From assembly GCA_950097015.1 (NCBI GenBank), contig CATNEN010000014.1, forward strand, positions 1,612,001-1,676,000: a DNA stretch of 64,000 bases. The letters are read 5' to 3'. The DNA comes from Macrostomum hystrix. Lineage: Eukaryota > Animalia > Platyhelminthes. The notes beneath the pieces are model-generated. The model saw only the letters and a program-made list of their open reading frames with translations. It ran no database searches and had not been told where the DNA came from. Each line of letters starts with the position of its first letter. The stretch's first letter is position 1. Below, in pieces: positions 13,531 to 26,190 of the stretch. The position numbers were made by a program, and so were the translations under genes.

Positions 13531-14574
13531 GGCGACACCATAAAATGCCAAAATAAGCGCCGAGAGACCAATTTTTGTCATGTCCAAAAAATCATGTTTT
13601 TGGTTGCCATGGCTTCACTTCAGTTCAGTTTCACTTTCACTTCACTACATAGACCCAAGTCTTTTACATGTTTTGCAAAAAACGGCATCCAAATCAACTG
13701 GGAAAAAGCGGTAATCGTTAAAAGTTTAAAAACGTGCTTTCCTATCCCGACACGTTGGTTACATCTTATCAAGATGAGATATCGCATCCGTAATGACCAT
13801 GAGAAAGCCTCGCTTACGCTCGGCTTCCTCTTGGCCATTACTGGCTCACTCATCCCAACTAGCAGAAATTAATTTCAGACACTTTGAGCTATGGTCAGTG
13901 CTAACAGAAAATCAATAAAAACAAGCACCCTTTCAAGAGCAACAGAGCCCTTTCAATTCAAACTCGGCTTTTTGTCTCTGGCAAAATCTTTCTTACTGGA
14001 AGGCGAAAGGATGCTTTGAAGAACTTTAATAGCTACTTAGCTACTGTGATTAGAAAGTGATTCACAAATAGCTTGCTTCGCTTTTAAACCTTTTGTACAT
14101 GTAAGATATACGCCTTATTTTAATTCCGCATATGCCTAAAGTACAAATACAAGCTCAAAGTACGAGCTACAAGCTCGTAGCTATAAGCTTTTTAAGACTT
14201 TCTATAAGACAACTAGATATACTGGCTGTCTTTTATTTCACTCTTTTTCACAGCTGCCAAAACTCTACCTCTGTCTTATCTCATCCCAGTCTCATCTCTC
14301 TTTGTTTGATCTCGCATCTCATATGTCAGCTTTATCGTCTCTCATCTTTGAACTGTTTCATTTCTCATTTCCTATTTATATTTATATTTTAAATAATTAC
14401 AATGCTTTAGATTTAAAAGTACACACGAAAGAATGTACTATAATTTTTTGCTATTGTCATAGAAACAGTTGTCAGCTGCGGTTTTCTTAGCCTATGCATA
14501 GTAGGCGTGTCTAGTTGGTCCAGCAATCATGAGTTCTGAACGGCAGATTGTAATGATATCATTGCATCGGAACA

Positions 14575-14920
14575 GAGCATCAACATAGACGCTTATACCA
14601 TTCTAGATTTCTGTAATAACTCCGGGTGTAGAAGCGGAAGCGCAGAACGATCTCGGGTGGCTCGGGGTCGAAGTGATTCTTCAGGGTTTCGCAGATGTCT
14701 GCATAGCTGCTTGCATTCGGAGTACCAGTGGCTAGCAGGCTGGCTATTAGCTGGTAAGTCTTCTTGCCGCAGACGCTGAGGAGAACGGCGCGCTTTTTCT
14801 CATCTTTGATGTCATTGGCCTCGAAAAACTGCTCCAATCTTTCCTGGTACTGCTGCCATTTTTCTGTCCCCTTTTTAAAGAGGGTTCAATAGAGACAACT
14901 AAGCTCATTTCTCGTCGCCA
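14575..14920 (-). pseudogene. gag: Truncated Gypsy gag fragment with PBS
   Basis: EQFFEANDIKDEKKRAVLLSVCG...LKNHFDPEPPEIVLRFRFYTR. PBS TGGCGACGAG at ~14911-14920. Confidence 0.85.
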
Positions 14921-14921
14921 C

Positions 14922-15175
14922 TGTAAAGACTTTGCTTAACATTGTAGAACGAATCTCCACAACTCAACGAGATGACACAGCGGCTTTTATATTTTATTTT
15001 ATTTATCAAATCGATAGCAGTATTAGGGGTGGAGCTACTGACTCCGCGCGTGCACATAGGATAGAAGGGTTAAAAGCACGTACACACACAGTACATTCTA
15101 AATAATTGGATAGCGTGCGGGCAGGTGCACAACACACCTGCCTTAGCCAGCCGCAACCAGAGCCACGTCACCACA
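14922..15175 (-). mobile_element. 5' LTR of the truncated Gypsy element
   Basis: TGT..ACA ends directly abutting the PBS. AATAAA on the minus strand near 14995. Confidence 0.6.
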
Positions 15176-15258
15176 CTATTAAATTAGGAGTACTACCAGT
15201 ACTAAGTCTAAATACAAGAAGCAAATCGACAATTAAAAAGTTTATTATTACTTTGTAT

Positions 15259-15979
15259 TGTGACGTTGCTGCGCCGCGTGCGTCTTCTCCGTTTATGTGA
15301 ACCTGTGAGTTGCACTGCAGCTCCTGCCGTGTTCCGCTCAATGTTCTACTTCACTTCCATGTAGTTATTTATGTTGCTAGTTTCTCACTCTAAAGTTCTA
15401 ATAATTAAAGTTTTTCTATTTCACTGTAAGTAAACGCCAACGAACATCGCGCTGTCCCCAACTTGTTTTTGCTGATGTCTCAATATTCTTTCCCCCAGCC
15501 AATGAGCGGGCGAGCTCTGTCTGGCTAGAATTATCGATCGCCCTGTTTTCTAGACAGGTTATTTAACCCAGCTTATTTAACTAGGGCCCCTGAGCCCGCT
15601 CGCGCTCCACTGTCCTTTTTCACCCGGCCTGCCTCTCTGCCTCCGGACTGCCTTTGTCCTGGCCACTGTTACTTTCACCTGTCGTGTTCACTACCACTTA
15701 CACTGCCGCTACCTTTTCACTGTCGCTTTTTGTGCTGCCTTACTGCAGCTGCCACTGGATACTTCTTGCCTACTCTCGGCATCACTCATACTGTTGGTTC
15801 TCACGGAGCTCCTGCACCTGACTTTAATTAACTATATTGCTTGTCGTACGTCCCAGTGGTAGTCTAATAAATAAAGAAATTAAGAGTGCCACGGCTACAC
15901 TAAGTTACACGATACTCTGGACTATAACTGGATAATTCTGAACTGCCGACTGACTTTGTTCTCCTTTAATATCGTCACA
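15259..15979 (+). mobile_element. Solo LTR (721 bp)
   Basis: TGTGACG...CGTCACA inverted ends and 4-bp TSD GTAT on both sides. Internal CCAAT, TATTTAA and AATAAA. Confidence 0.88.
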
Positions 15980-16089
15980 GTATAGCAAAAACACGTACAG
16001 CAAATGATTCAGATTAAGCGATAGCCAGACTTCAGTTCATGCTTTGTGATTGATAGCGAGCGAGTGAATGATTTTGGAATTCGCAAATA

Positions 16090-16390
16090 CGAGGGTCACT
16101 CAGAAAGTCTTTAGCCTGAACAAGAAAACAGCAACATATGAACTAAAAAGTACTAAAATGAACTAAAGTACATCATAGCTCTGAAGTCACGATTTTCCAG
16201 CTTCATTGTGCAATTGAACGGCGCAAGGGGTGAACTGACTTTGGCTCACTGCAGTGGACTCAAACGTAACTGCTTCTGTTTGAAAATTTAGCTATAAGAC
16301 TTTTAAAAGGTGGTCTTTACCATAGACAAATTTCATGCTTCTGCGTCTCGTGGATCATACTCAGGCTAAAGACTTTCTGAGTGACCCTCG
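16090..16390. mobile_element. Tc1/mariner-type MITE (301 bp)
   Basis: Perfect 30-bp TIR CGAGGGTCACTCAGAAAGTCTTTAGCCTGA with TA on both flanks. Confidence 0.92.
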
Positions 16391-16435
16391 TATAAGGATG
16401 AATTCGCAACACTTTTAAAATTTTCATCTAACAAA

Positions 16436-16949
16436 AAGCAATTGAATTAAATTAAAGCGGCACAAAAATTAAAGCGGCACTCCGCTTCATCCCTAGATGT
16501 GTCGCGGGAGAAGACATCATTTGATTTCTGCCATATATCGGACAGCTTCTCTGAAGGAAATCTTTTTCGAGTTTCATTTTGTACTTTTTCCTGGGTTTTG
16601 CGTGCTAGTTTTTCATGTTTCGTCATTAAGTAGTCACTTTTTGTACCACACCATTTAGCTTCTTAAATATACAGCATCACAGTTAGCTGTCGAATGTTTG
16701 CTAAGCATTTATAATTGATGAATTGCGTGCTCACATTATTTATTTGGTTGCAGGAATGGACATGGCTTTGACCATAGAGTGTAAAAAATTACACTGATTT
16801 TGTCATTGATTATTTAATTGCTTGCTTGTTTTCTCTACTAGCCTGCAAAATGCTATAGTATCAGACGTAAAACGAATTTTGTTAGTTTTGGCTTTATTGT
16901 AATTCATTAGTGATTCTTTTCGTGCCGCTTTAATTTAATTCAATTGCTT
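16436..16949. mobile_element. MITE-like element with 28-bp TIR
   Basis: aagcaattgaattaaattaaagcggcac at 16436-16463 and its reverse complement at 16922-16949. TSD not clear. Confidence 0.65.
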
Positions 16950-17823
16950 ATTTTTCGACGCATTATTTTTGTCGCGCGTGGTCTTGTGTGGAAAACTTTT
17001 GTTTGGTATTTCCCTTTGCAGCATTTTTTGGCAAGATCATGACTTGAACTTAATCGTCCTTAAGCACAGAAACAGAGCAACTTATTGAGCTACTTTCCAG
17101 AGGAAATTTCTACTGAACAATAAGGAGTACACTCTCCACATCCAAGACATCCACACCAAGTTAAGGTATACAGACACCTTAAAAAGACACCTTGTAAAAT
17201 AAAGACACCTTAAAAAACAGGTAATGAGCAGGTACAAATGAGGCTATTTCCGAATTTCTGTGTGTGCAGCCTCCGGTTTTTTGTTACGCCATTCAAAAGC
17301 TGCTATAAATTTCCAAAATATCTCCATATTAATGGTTAGTTTTTTATTCCTGATTATAATTAACGTAATTTTTTGACACCGTTATCGCAACAAGGATTAT
17401 TACGAGTGGCGCTGCCAAACGCACCGTCGTGTCAGATCTCAGATCACACGATTCCATGTAAGACAAACCACTGTTCTGCGCATACAAACGAAACTTCAGA
17501 GCAAGTGGAACAAAAGCGGTTTGTAGCCAAGGACCACTAGAAGAAGAAAAAATCTTCATAAAATTCGTCGAAGCAACATATTTTGTAAGTTATATCAAAA
17601 GAAGCGCTTTGTATCTGCTTCCTAAGAAAAGTTATCAACACTTTAAGGTGAGAAAAGTGAAAAGTTCCTATCTCGTTAGTGTATTTGTTGTACTTTTTCG
17701 TATTGTCGGCAGTTCGCCAACGCGGTAGTGGGGGTTCGGGTACGGACCGCCCAAAGCTTGCCGGGGGTAGAGCCCTAGTCCAAGGTCTGACGTTAGAAGC
17801 ACGTTAGAAAAACGTTACAGGAC

Positions 17824-18320
17824 AGTAGTATGGGTTAACAGAACTCTGCCGCAAGGAAATCCGCGGAAATTCCATGGGACCCAGTGCATGTACATAGGTC
17901 CATGTTTCACATAGCAGAACTCTGCCGCAAGGAAATCCGCGGAAATTCCGTGGGGCCCTAGTTTGCGAACATAGCGCCTATGTTTCACATAGCAGAACTC
18001 TGCCGCAAGGAAATCCGCGGAAATTCCATGGGACCCAGTGCATGTACATAGGCCCATGTTTTACATAGCAAAACTCTGCCGCAAGGAAGTCCTCAGAAAT
18101 TCCGTGGGGTCCTAGTGTGTGAACAAACGCCATGTGTTTGCATAGTGGACTCTGTCGCAGGTAAATCTGTCTGAGAGGGAGAGAGGCAGTCAGTGCAGTC
18201 TGATAAACCGATTGTTTATTCAGTTCCACTCCTCCAATGGGAATTTCACTTTTGCTCTGATCTGTGTTATTTTTTCATATGAAGACAACAACAAAACAAC
18301 TGTTGGTCTGGGGAAAACAG
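17824..18320 (+). repeat. Left terminal inverted repeat of the Polinton
   Basis: Reverse complement of 33394-33890. Only two mismatches noticed by eye (18095, 18260). Contains ~76-78-bp internal repeats. Confidence 0.96.
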
Positions 18321-18509
18321 GGAACACTGCAGTGATAGGAGGAGAGGCCGGTCTATCTCTTTGCATTGGGGTTGTTGACTCTGCAGAGATAGGAGGAGAG
18401 GCCGGCCGGGGAAAATGTGAGTGCAGGCGCACTGGAATGGGGTTTGTACAGTGCTTTTTTGGGGGTTGGTGGGCAGGGGATGACTTTATTCTCACCTGCT
18501 GTAATTGGC

Positions 18510-18510
18510 C

Positions 18511-18547
<37 letters not shown>
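18510..18547. repeat. (CA)n microsatellite inside the Polinton
   Basis: Direct reading. Confidence 0.95.
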
Positions 18548-18549
<2 letters not shown>

Positions 18550-18773
18550 GGCGGCATGCATGTGAAGTGGAATGGCTTGTAAGCAAGCCATAAACTTATA
18601 ATAGAAAAATTTTCTATTTTCGTAGTAAAAAATCGATCTGCACAAACATAGCCAAACAGTAAACACTGGTGCTATGTTCTTCTGAAGAACAGCTACCTGG
18701 ATATTTATATATTACACCTGGAATTAATCAGTGGCGTCGCCAGAGATTAAAAAACTATCCTACTGGAGCCGCC

Positions 18774-20234
18774 ATGACTGCAAAAAACAAATCGCGCTGC
18801 CCATCCTACGTGTTCGAGGTGTGCATCGACTGCGGCCTGTGCGAGCTGGGCGGACTAAAATGGCACAAGTCAAAAGACTCATGCCGAGTTAGTCGCTGGC
18901 TTGCTTGCATGCAGTGCCAATCAGTCGAAGTTTTCAACGCTCGAGCACAAATAAAAAATCACAGAAACCATTTAGTGATCAATTGGGGTGCTCCAAGCGA
19001 CATGGATGCGTCCCGATCTGCTGCCCTCGAAGCTGCTCAGCACGACGAAGCTCGCAAAGAGTCTGAGCGAATGCGCCAGCCGGTGAGCACGCTCAGCCAG
19101 ACTATTCGAGGGATCTGCACTGAAATGTCTGATACCTACTCTGCTGCCACCCGAGTCGCCCTTGTCGTTGTTGCAGCCTCCGCCGCTGCAGCCGATGTTC
19201 AACCCTCCACCACCGCCGCACCTGATGTCCACGCCACCGCCGCACCTGATGTCCACTCCACCGCCGCACCTGATGTCCACGCCACCGTTGCACCTGATGT
19301 TCACGCCACCGCCGCACCTGATGTCCACACCATCGCACCTGGTGTCCACGCCACCGCCGCACCTGATGTCCACGCCACCGCCGCACCTGATGTCCACGCC
19401 ACCATCGCACCTGATGTCCACGCCACCGCCGCACCTGATGTCCACTCCACCACCGCACCTGATGTCCACGCCACCGTTGCACCTGATGTCCACGCCACCG
19501 CCGCACCTGATGTCCACTCCACCACCGCACCTGATGTCCACGCCACCGTTGCACCTGATGTTCACGCCACCGCCGCACCTGATGTCCACACCATCGCACC
19601 TGGTGTCCACGCCACCGCCGCACCTGATGTCCACGCCACCGCCGCACCTGATGTCCACGCCACCATCGCACCTGATGTCCACACCACCGCCGCACCTGAT
19701 GTCCACGCCACCGTCGCACCTGATGTCCTCGATGCCGCAGCCGCCACTGCTGCCTCCGCTAATGTAGTTGAGCTGGCCGCAGCTGAATTCAGGCCTGATC
19801 AGGTTATTAACTATCATGAGAATGATGATGATGAAGATGGCATTCCAATTATTCAGCTTGATTCACCCGCTGAGGAGCTGAACACAGCATTCTTCGAAGA
19901 CCTCGAGTTTGACTTGGAAGATGCCGCGAATACAGAAGGACAGCGGCAGCAGCAGCAGCAGCAGCAGCAACGACCCCCTCCAATTGCCGCAAAAAATCTG
20001 GAGCAGGCCAGAGCAATTGTGAACATGGACATCAGCTTGACGGACATTCTGCATGAACTAGAGCAGGATGAGCCAGCTGCTCAGCCTACTGTTATGCAAG
20101 AGGCAGTCAAAGTTGTAGAAGCCGCACCAGTCCCAGTCTTCATGCAGCTCGTGCTTCCCAGCAGCGTTGTCGGCGAGTACACCATTGACTTTGGGGGTGG
20201 TGTGTGCATTAAATTGAGTAGTGTTCAGCAGTAG
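18774..20234 (+). CDS. Polinton ORF1: Cys-rich N-terminus, 24-bp tandem repeat (PDVHATAA)n, acidic/Gln-rich C-terminus; function unknown
   Basis: Open frame 18669-20234. Probable start is GCCGCCATG at 18774, downstream of a TATA-like tatatatt near 18705. Confidence 0.7.
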   Translation: MTAKNKSRCPSYVFEVCIDCGLCELGGLKWHKSKDSCRVSRWLACMQCQSVEVFNARAQIKNHRNHLVINWGAPSDMDASRSAALEAAQHDEARKESERMRQPVSTLSQTIRGICTEMSDTYSAATRVALVVVAASAAAADVQPSTTAAPDVHATAAPDVHSTAAPDVHATVAPDVHATAAPDVHTIAPGVHATAAPDVHATAAPDVHATIAPDVHATAAPDVHSTTAPDVHATVAPDVHATAAPDVHSTTAPDVHATVAPDVHATAAPDVHTIAPGVHATAAPDVHATAAPDVHATIAPDVHTTAAPDVHATVAPDVLDAAAATAASANVVELAAAEFRPDQVINYHENDDDEDGIPIIQLDSPAEELNTAFFEDLEFDLEDAANTEGQRQQQQQQQQRPPPIAAKNLEQARAIVNMDISLTDILHELEQDEPAAQPTVMQEAVKVVEAAPVPVFMQLVLPSSVVGEYTIDFGGGVCIKLSSVQQ

Positions 20235-20756
20235 ATCGAACAATAGATTACTGTTAATTCCAATTTCCCATAAGCGTTGTGTCTCGAGTGACAGCATTTA
20301 AAGTCGGCATCCGTGTTCTATTTTTGCTGTTATATATAAGTAAATGATAATATTATTTGCCTTGAGACAGTTCACATTGTAACTTTTATTATGATGATGA
20401 TAAGGAGCGAGAAGTGATTTTTAGAGCATGATTTTCTGTGATGGTGTGTTTTTGGAAGAAATAAAATGGATTGAAATGATGCTCCGGACGCATTTGTTAT
20501 CATTAATTTTTATGAATTCACGGTTTTACGTATTTTTTCTTTAAATCAGGTTCTATAGCAGCTAGGATTCAATCACTCACTCAAACTCTTTGCTTTTAGG
20601 ATTGGTTTCAACTCTTGACTCTATGTGGACCAGACTAGAATTTGATCTATCGATATCGATGTATAATTTGCATGCAAAATGAAATTGAAACTGAATTTCA
20701 GCAGCATTGACTTGCTTTCTGAGTGGTGCCGCATAGCTTCACCATAATTCTCTGTG

Positions 20757-23700
20757 ATGTCTTCTGGGGCCTCATCGAGTCTCAAGGAAGCGCTGCTGGA
20801 CCCAGCTGTCAGTCGCGAGTTCGGGTCAAGCAGTAAGTGAAATATTTTATGCCTGACTTATTTGTTTGAACTACTTGACAAGGGCACACGTGCTTGTGGA
20901 TGATGTGCTTATTATGTTAGTTTTTGCTTGCTAGCTCGTTGTAGACATGCCTCTGCTACGGTATCGTTTTAAATTTAGGATTATTTCTCGGGAAATAAGT
21001 TAAAATGGGGGCATATGAACAGGATATGGAGTGAAATTAATCGTTGGGCTTAAAATTGGCTGAGGTGAAACAGAGAAGTATTTGAGCCTGAATGTTAAAG
21101 CAATAAATAAATGAAACCAATATTATTACTGTTGTCTTCCTCTTCCTCTTTAATTGTAGGACCATCTTTCTTCCTGACGTTGGAAAATAGCGCTCACGAT
21201 GATGTTCTTCAAGTTCATCGATTTACTCCGAAATCTATCACTGAGCCTTTCGAGTTTCTTGATTTAAGCAAAAACGCTGTCCTGCAGTGTCTTGAAGTTC
21301 GCCTCGACTCCTCTGAAAATTGCTTCGTGAGAGCTCAGATTAAGTTGAATTTGCACATGATCAGGGTGCAGGCGTTAGAAGTTGTAAATGCGGAGGATAA
21401 ATGGATGAGCACACAACTCGGATTGCTGGTAGATGTGGAGGAGTTCGATGATTGGTGGAGGCAGCAGTTTACGGAGCTGGAGCGCAAAGTCGATGTGTAC
21501 AACGCCAACGGTAGCGGTTGGATGATTGACAAGGTCAATTTTTTTGAACTTTACTCTGCTCTCGTCGATCGAGTTCCCTACTATACAGGGCGTGCTGCAG
21601 AATTTGTACTGCCGACTCTGCTTCTACGGAAGAAGGCTGTTATTTGTCCTCCAAGCAATGGTGAAAATTGTTTCCGTTATGCATGCCTTGCTTTCCTACA
21701 CAAGGAAAACAGCAAAATAAGAAAATCAGCGCAACGCGAATCCTCGTACACCGACTGGCTGGATGAACTCGACATGAGTGGTTTGAACTTGCCAGTCAAC
21801 GTGAACGACCTTGCTGCTGTTGAGAGACAAAACACAGGACTATGCTTCACAGTTTTCATCTGGGAGAATGATGCTGCTCAAGTCCTCCGCGTGCCTACTG
21901 CAGCCACAATGAAAGATCGAAGAGTTGTTCTGCTCTTGTTCGTTCCGCCATCGGAAGATGAGGTCTCAGGTCATTGGTGCGCTGTCTCAAGCATCAACCG
22001 GCTTCTCAATAGCAAAGTGTCCCTGCATCAGCGAAAGTGGTGTGAGCGCTGCTTGATGCCCTTTCACAGTGACTCAGCCTTTGAAGAGCACTGTCGAGCT
22101 CCTTGTCAACCTGGAGTGATCAACGTAAAGGAAGAGTTGCCAGATGTAAATCACAATTTTTTGCAATTTTCGTCATGGGAAAAAACAATCAGTCCACCAT
22201 TCGTTGTTTATGCCGACTTTGAAGCACTGAATGTACCATGTCAAGACGATCTACCAGCAGGTTCATCTACGAAGAAGGTCACTGAGCATGTTGCCGTTGC
22301 CGCGGGCTACATTGTGGTGCACAGAGAAGGCATGACAGGATTAGCACCTCGGGGAGCTGATGACAAAGTGAGCACTTTTGTTAGCGATGATCCCAACAAG
22401 TGCATTGCCGAGTTCCTGCAGTCACTGGAGCAGCTCGCTCGAGAAGTCTACGGCTGGAACACGGAGTTCAGTAGGCAGGCAGCCATAAAGACTGATGCAG
22501 CTAAAAAGCTGTTTCGAGAAGCCGTAGCCTGCTGCTACTGTGGAAGCCAGTTTCAGAACGAGTCCCAGAAACACTGGGATCATGATCACCTGAGTGGTAT
22601 ATTCCGAGGAGCCGCTTGCCCACCCTGCAACATGCAAGCGAGACTAAAGAGACGCTTTCTACCCATCATCATGCACAACTTAAAAGGGTATGACATTCAT
22701 CTGATGTTGTCAACAGCGTTGGGTCTCATGGAAGGATGGAGAATTTCAGTCATACCGCAGAATCCTGAGCAGTTTCTCGCTATGAAGATTGAATTCAAAA
22801 TCGATGAATATGAGAGTGAGGGCAAGATCAAGCCGCTCTATTTCACTATTCAATTCATCGATTCCAATCAGTTCCTGAATGCCAGCCTGGCACAGCTGAT
22901 CAAGAATTTGCCAGAAGAAGAATGCCCAATCACGGCTCGGCTTAAAAACTCGTATCCGAGTCTGTCATCGGAAGTGTTGTTCAACAAAGGCATCTTTCCG
23001 TATGATTATCTGACGAAGATCGATGTGCTCAATGACATGGTACTTCCCAGCAAAGAAAACTTTTATAATCTTCTTACGAAGAGTCACTGCAGCGACTCGG
23101 ATTATGAGCATGCACAGCGAGCCTGGCATGAATTTCAGGTGACCAATTTGAAGGACTACATGCTGCGCTACCTTGAGTTGGACATTAGACAGCTTGCAGA
23201 TGTGTTTGAAAATTTTCGGAAGCTCAGTCTTCGAGAGGATGGTCTTGATCCTGTTCATTTCATTACAACTCCAGGACTATCTTTTGCTTCTGCGCTAAAG
23301 TCCATCAGGTCTCCAATCGAACTTTTAACAGATCTGCAAATGTATTCAATGTTTGAGTGTGGAATTCGAGGAGGCATAACTTTTGTGAACGTTCACCGAG
23401 TGTTGGCAAGCCCACGTAATGTAAGCTCTCAGTGCGATGATGATGAGAGTGAGACAGACCTGACAACTCCACCAGCTGATCGCACTGAGCTCCTCGCAGT
23501 AGACGCCAACAACCTCTATGGACAAGCTCTCACGATGCATTTGCCAGTTGGAGACTTCCGCTGGCTAGACGAAGAAGAGTTGCTCCTATGGACAGATGAT
23601 CGTATTCAAGGACTGCAAACGACAGATTCTGTTGCCTACCTTATCGATGCTGACCTTCTGTACCCGATAGAGATTCATACCAGCACAGAAGATTTACCAT

Positions 23701-24872
23701 TTGCGCCAGAAAAGATGGCGCCGAGTTTCAGCGAGTTTCCTGAATACATGAAGCAGCTGTGGAAGCAATTTGGTAAAGAGGACTCTGCCTACCATCCAAC
23801 AGAGAAGCTAATGCTCACCTGCCATGACAAGAAGTCCTATATACTTCATTCTTCCATACTGGCATTTTACTTACGACATGGAATGCGAATAAAGTGTATC
23901 AATCGCATGATTGAGTTCCGACAAGAGCCCGTCTTTGCTTCGTATGTCGAGAAAAATAGTGCAAAGCGAGCTGCTGCATCAAACAGCTTTGAAAAAGATT
24001 TTTACAAGCTGAAAAACAACGCATTGTTTGGCAAGACAATGGAAAATGTGCGTAAGAGACGCGACATTAGAATTTGCACCGATGTTGCAAAGGCGAAGGT
24101 GCTCGCCTCGAAGCCGTCAGTGACAAGTTTCAACATTATTACCGGCTCGCTTAGCATTATGGAGTTGCAGAAGACCAAGATTAAACTTGACCGACCAATC
24201 TTCATTGGACAGTGCGTTCTGGACTATTCGAAGATGATCATGTATGAACTTTTCTACGACAAGCTCAAGCCATGGATTGAGCAGGAAGGAGCTTGTGTGA
24301 GACTCTGTGGTGGAGATACCGACTCTTTCTTTCTTTCAATCAGCAACATGAGCGTTCAGTCTGGAGTTCTGCCTCTGCTCAAGTCGAAGCGGTTATTAGA
24401 TACCTCAAACTATCCACCCCAGCATGCACTGTTCTCGAACGAATTAAAGGCTCGTCTGGGTTGCATCAAGGATGAAGCAGCAGGAGCTTACTATCTGGAG
24501 TGGCTGCTCCTAAGACCGAAGCTTTACTCGTTTAGGGCAAGCGATGAATCAGCCGAGAAGAAAAGAGCTAAAGGTATTCAGGGATGTGTTGTCAAGAGGG
24601 AGATTGCTCATAGCGACTACTTGAAGGTCTTCAAAGAGCTCTGCAGCCTCTCTGTCGTTGTTCAGCGTATTGCCAGCATACGACACAGACTCTTCACTCT
24701 GCAACAAAGGAAGTGTGCGCTTAGCATTTGGGAGGACAAGCGTGCCTGGCTAGGACCGAACTGCAGTCTCCCGTTCGGACACTTCCGACTTCTACAGCAG
24801 CAGCAACATCAAAATGGTATCACCAAACGCAAGCGGCGCCTAGCCAGTTCACGCCATCATGATGAGGATTAA
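20757..24872 (+). CDS. polB: Protein-primed family B DNA polymerase (pPolB); exon 1 20757-20832, intron 20833-21159, exon 2 21160-24872
   Basis: Exonuclease motifs VYADFE, HNLKGYD and YLELD. Polymerase motifs DANNLYG, KLKNNALFGKT and GDTDS. KGIFPYDY motif. Embedded Endo VII-like HDHLSG..CPPCN. The GTAAGT/AG splice joins in frame. Confidence 0.96.
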
Positions 24873-25556
24873 TCACGCGTTGATTATTTGACAGAAATCC
24901 AGTAATTTTAATTTCTGCTAATTCTGCATGTTAAAAAACGATTGACAAAACTGACTTAATTTTCGATTAAATCAGAACTTAAAAATCACTTAGAAATTTA
25001 GCCTAGTTATCTAGAAAACAAAAAGCTCTTTAGGTTTAAAGCAGACAATCCATTCGAAACTTTCTACGTTAATATTGACTAAATCGACTAATTGACTGAC
25101 GGATTGACTAAAGGAACTAAAGCTAATGCTAAAGGAATGAAAATCTGAGTTAAATTATTCACTGTTTTGAAAATGTTTCAAAACTTAAATGAACTATAAA
25201 AATATTTTACTTTTTCATGTGCGATGTGTACTTCGTATAATTGTGGTGGAGGTGATCATATGCTTGCTTGCTGTAGTTGTGTCGTGTTTGCGTAGGTTTT
25301 GCTTTCTAGTTTCTCTATTCTGCCCCTTTTTAACATTTTACCATTCGTAACTGTGGGTTTCTGGTTTGTTGCTTGTCGCGGTTTCGAACGATATTTTTAT
25401 TTTACGTCTGCGTCTGCGATTAAATTTAAAGAATCGAAATACTTTTTACAAAATAAAATTCAACGATGAAAGAAAATATATCTGACGCACTGATTTTGTT
25501 CAACAACATTTCAATCGGCATGAAAATTTGCTAGATTCTTGGAACACGCTTTCGAT

Positions 25557-26152
25557 TTATTTATTTTGAAAAAACAACGAATTCGCAGAGAGAAGGTTGA
25601 GCAAATGAGATAAGTCCTCCTCCAGCACATTCATTGACTTTGCACCACTGAGTACAAATGAGCCATTGTGAAATAGCAAACATTTACAATTACGGAGTTT
25701 ACATATTAAAGCAGTAAAAGTTTCGGGTTCATATTCAGCGTTCGGCAATGCATCAACAAGATTCGCCAAGGGAAGTGCATTGCTAAAATTAAGTTTGCCA
25801 TGCGCAGTGATAGTCTTGATTCTCAAGCAGACAGCTTGACGAGGCAGCAGTTGAGCCGGCACTCGGCGATGTAGCATAGCCACGAAGCGATGGGCAGCTC
25901 TGACTGAGTCGGAGTAGCACTTTGCGCCGCAGATGCTCAGTTGACCAGTTGGGTAGAGCAGCAGGGTGACTCTGGGTTGACGCATCTGCTTGATGAGCAC
26001 TCGGGGCCAAACGGGCCGGTAGATCACATTAGCCATGCTGAGAGCCAGCTCCCTTAAAGGAAGCTGGGCGCCCCTGCCTCCAGTCAGTCTTAGATCCACT
26101 CCGCCAACCAGATTGGTGACCCTCAGGGTTGAAGCTGCTGTATTCAATTCGA

Positions 26153-26190
<38 letters not shown>

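Noticed and set aside
17838-18170. CRISPR-like repeat/spacer pattern in the TIRs
   Set aside because: The spacers are not unique (A-B-A-B), there are no cas genes, the context is eukaryotic, and the pattern is mirrored in the other TIR.
18774-19000. ORF1 as a TFIIB homologue partnering the TBP
   Set aside because: The Cys spacing does not match the TFIIB zinc ribbon well, and no cyclin-fold repeats follow.
18972-19817. Several antisense and alternate-frame ORFs
   Set aside because: They are shadows of the 24-bp repeat in ORF1.
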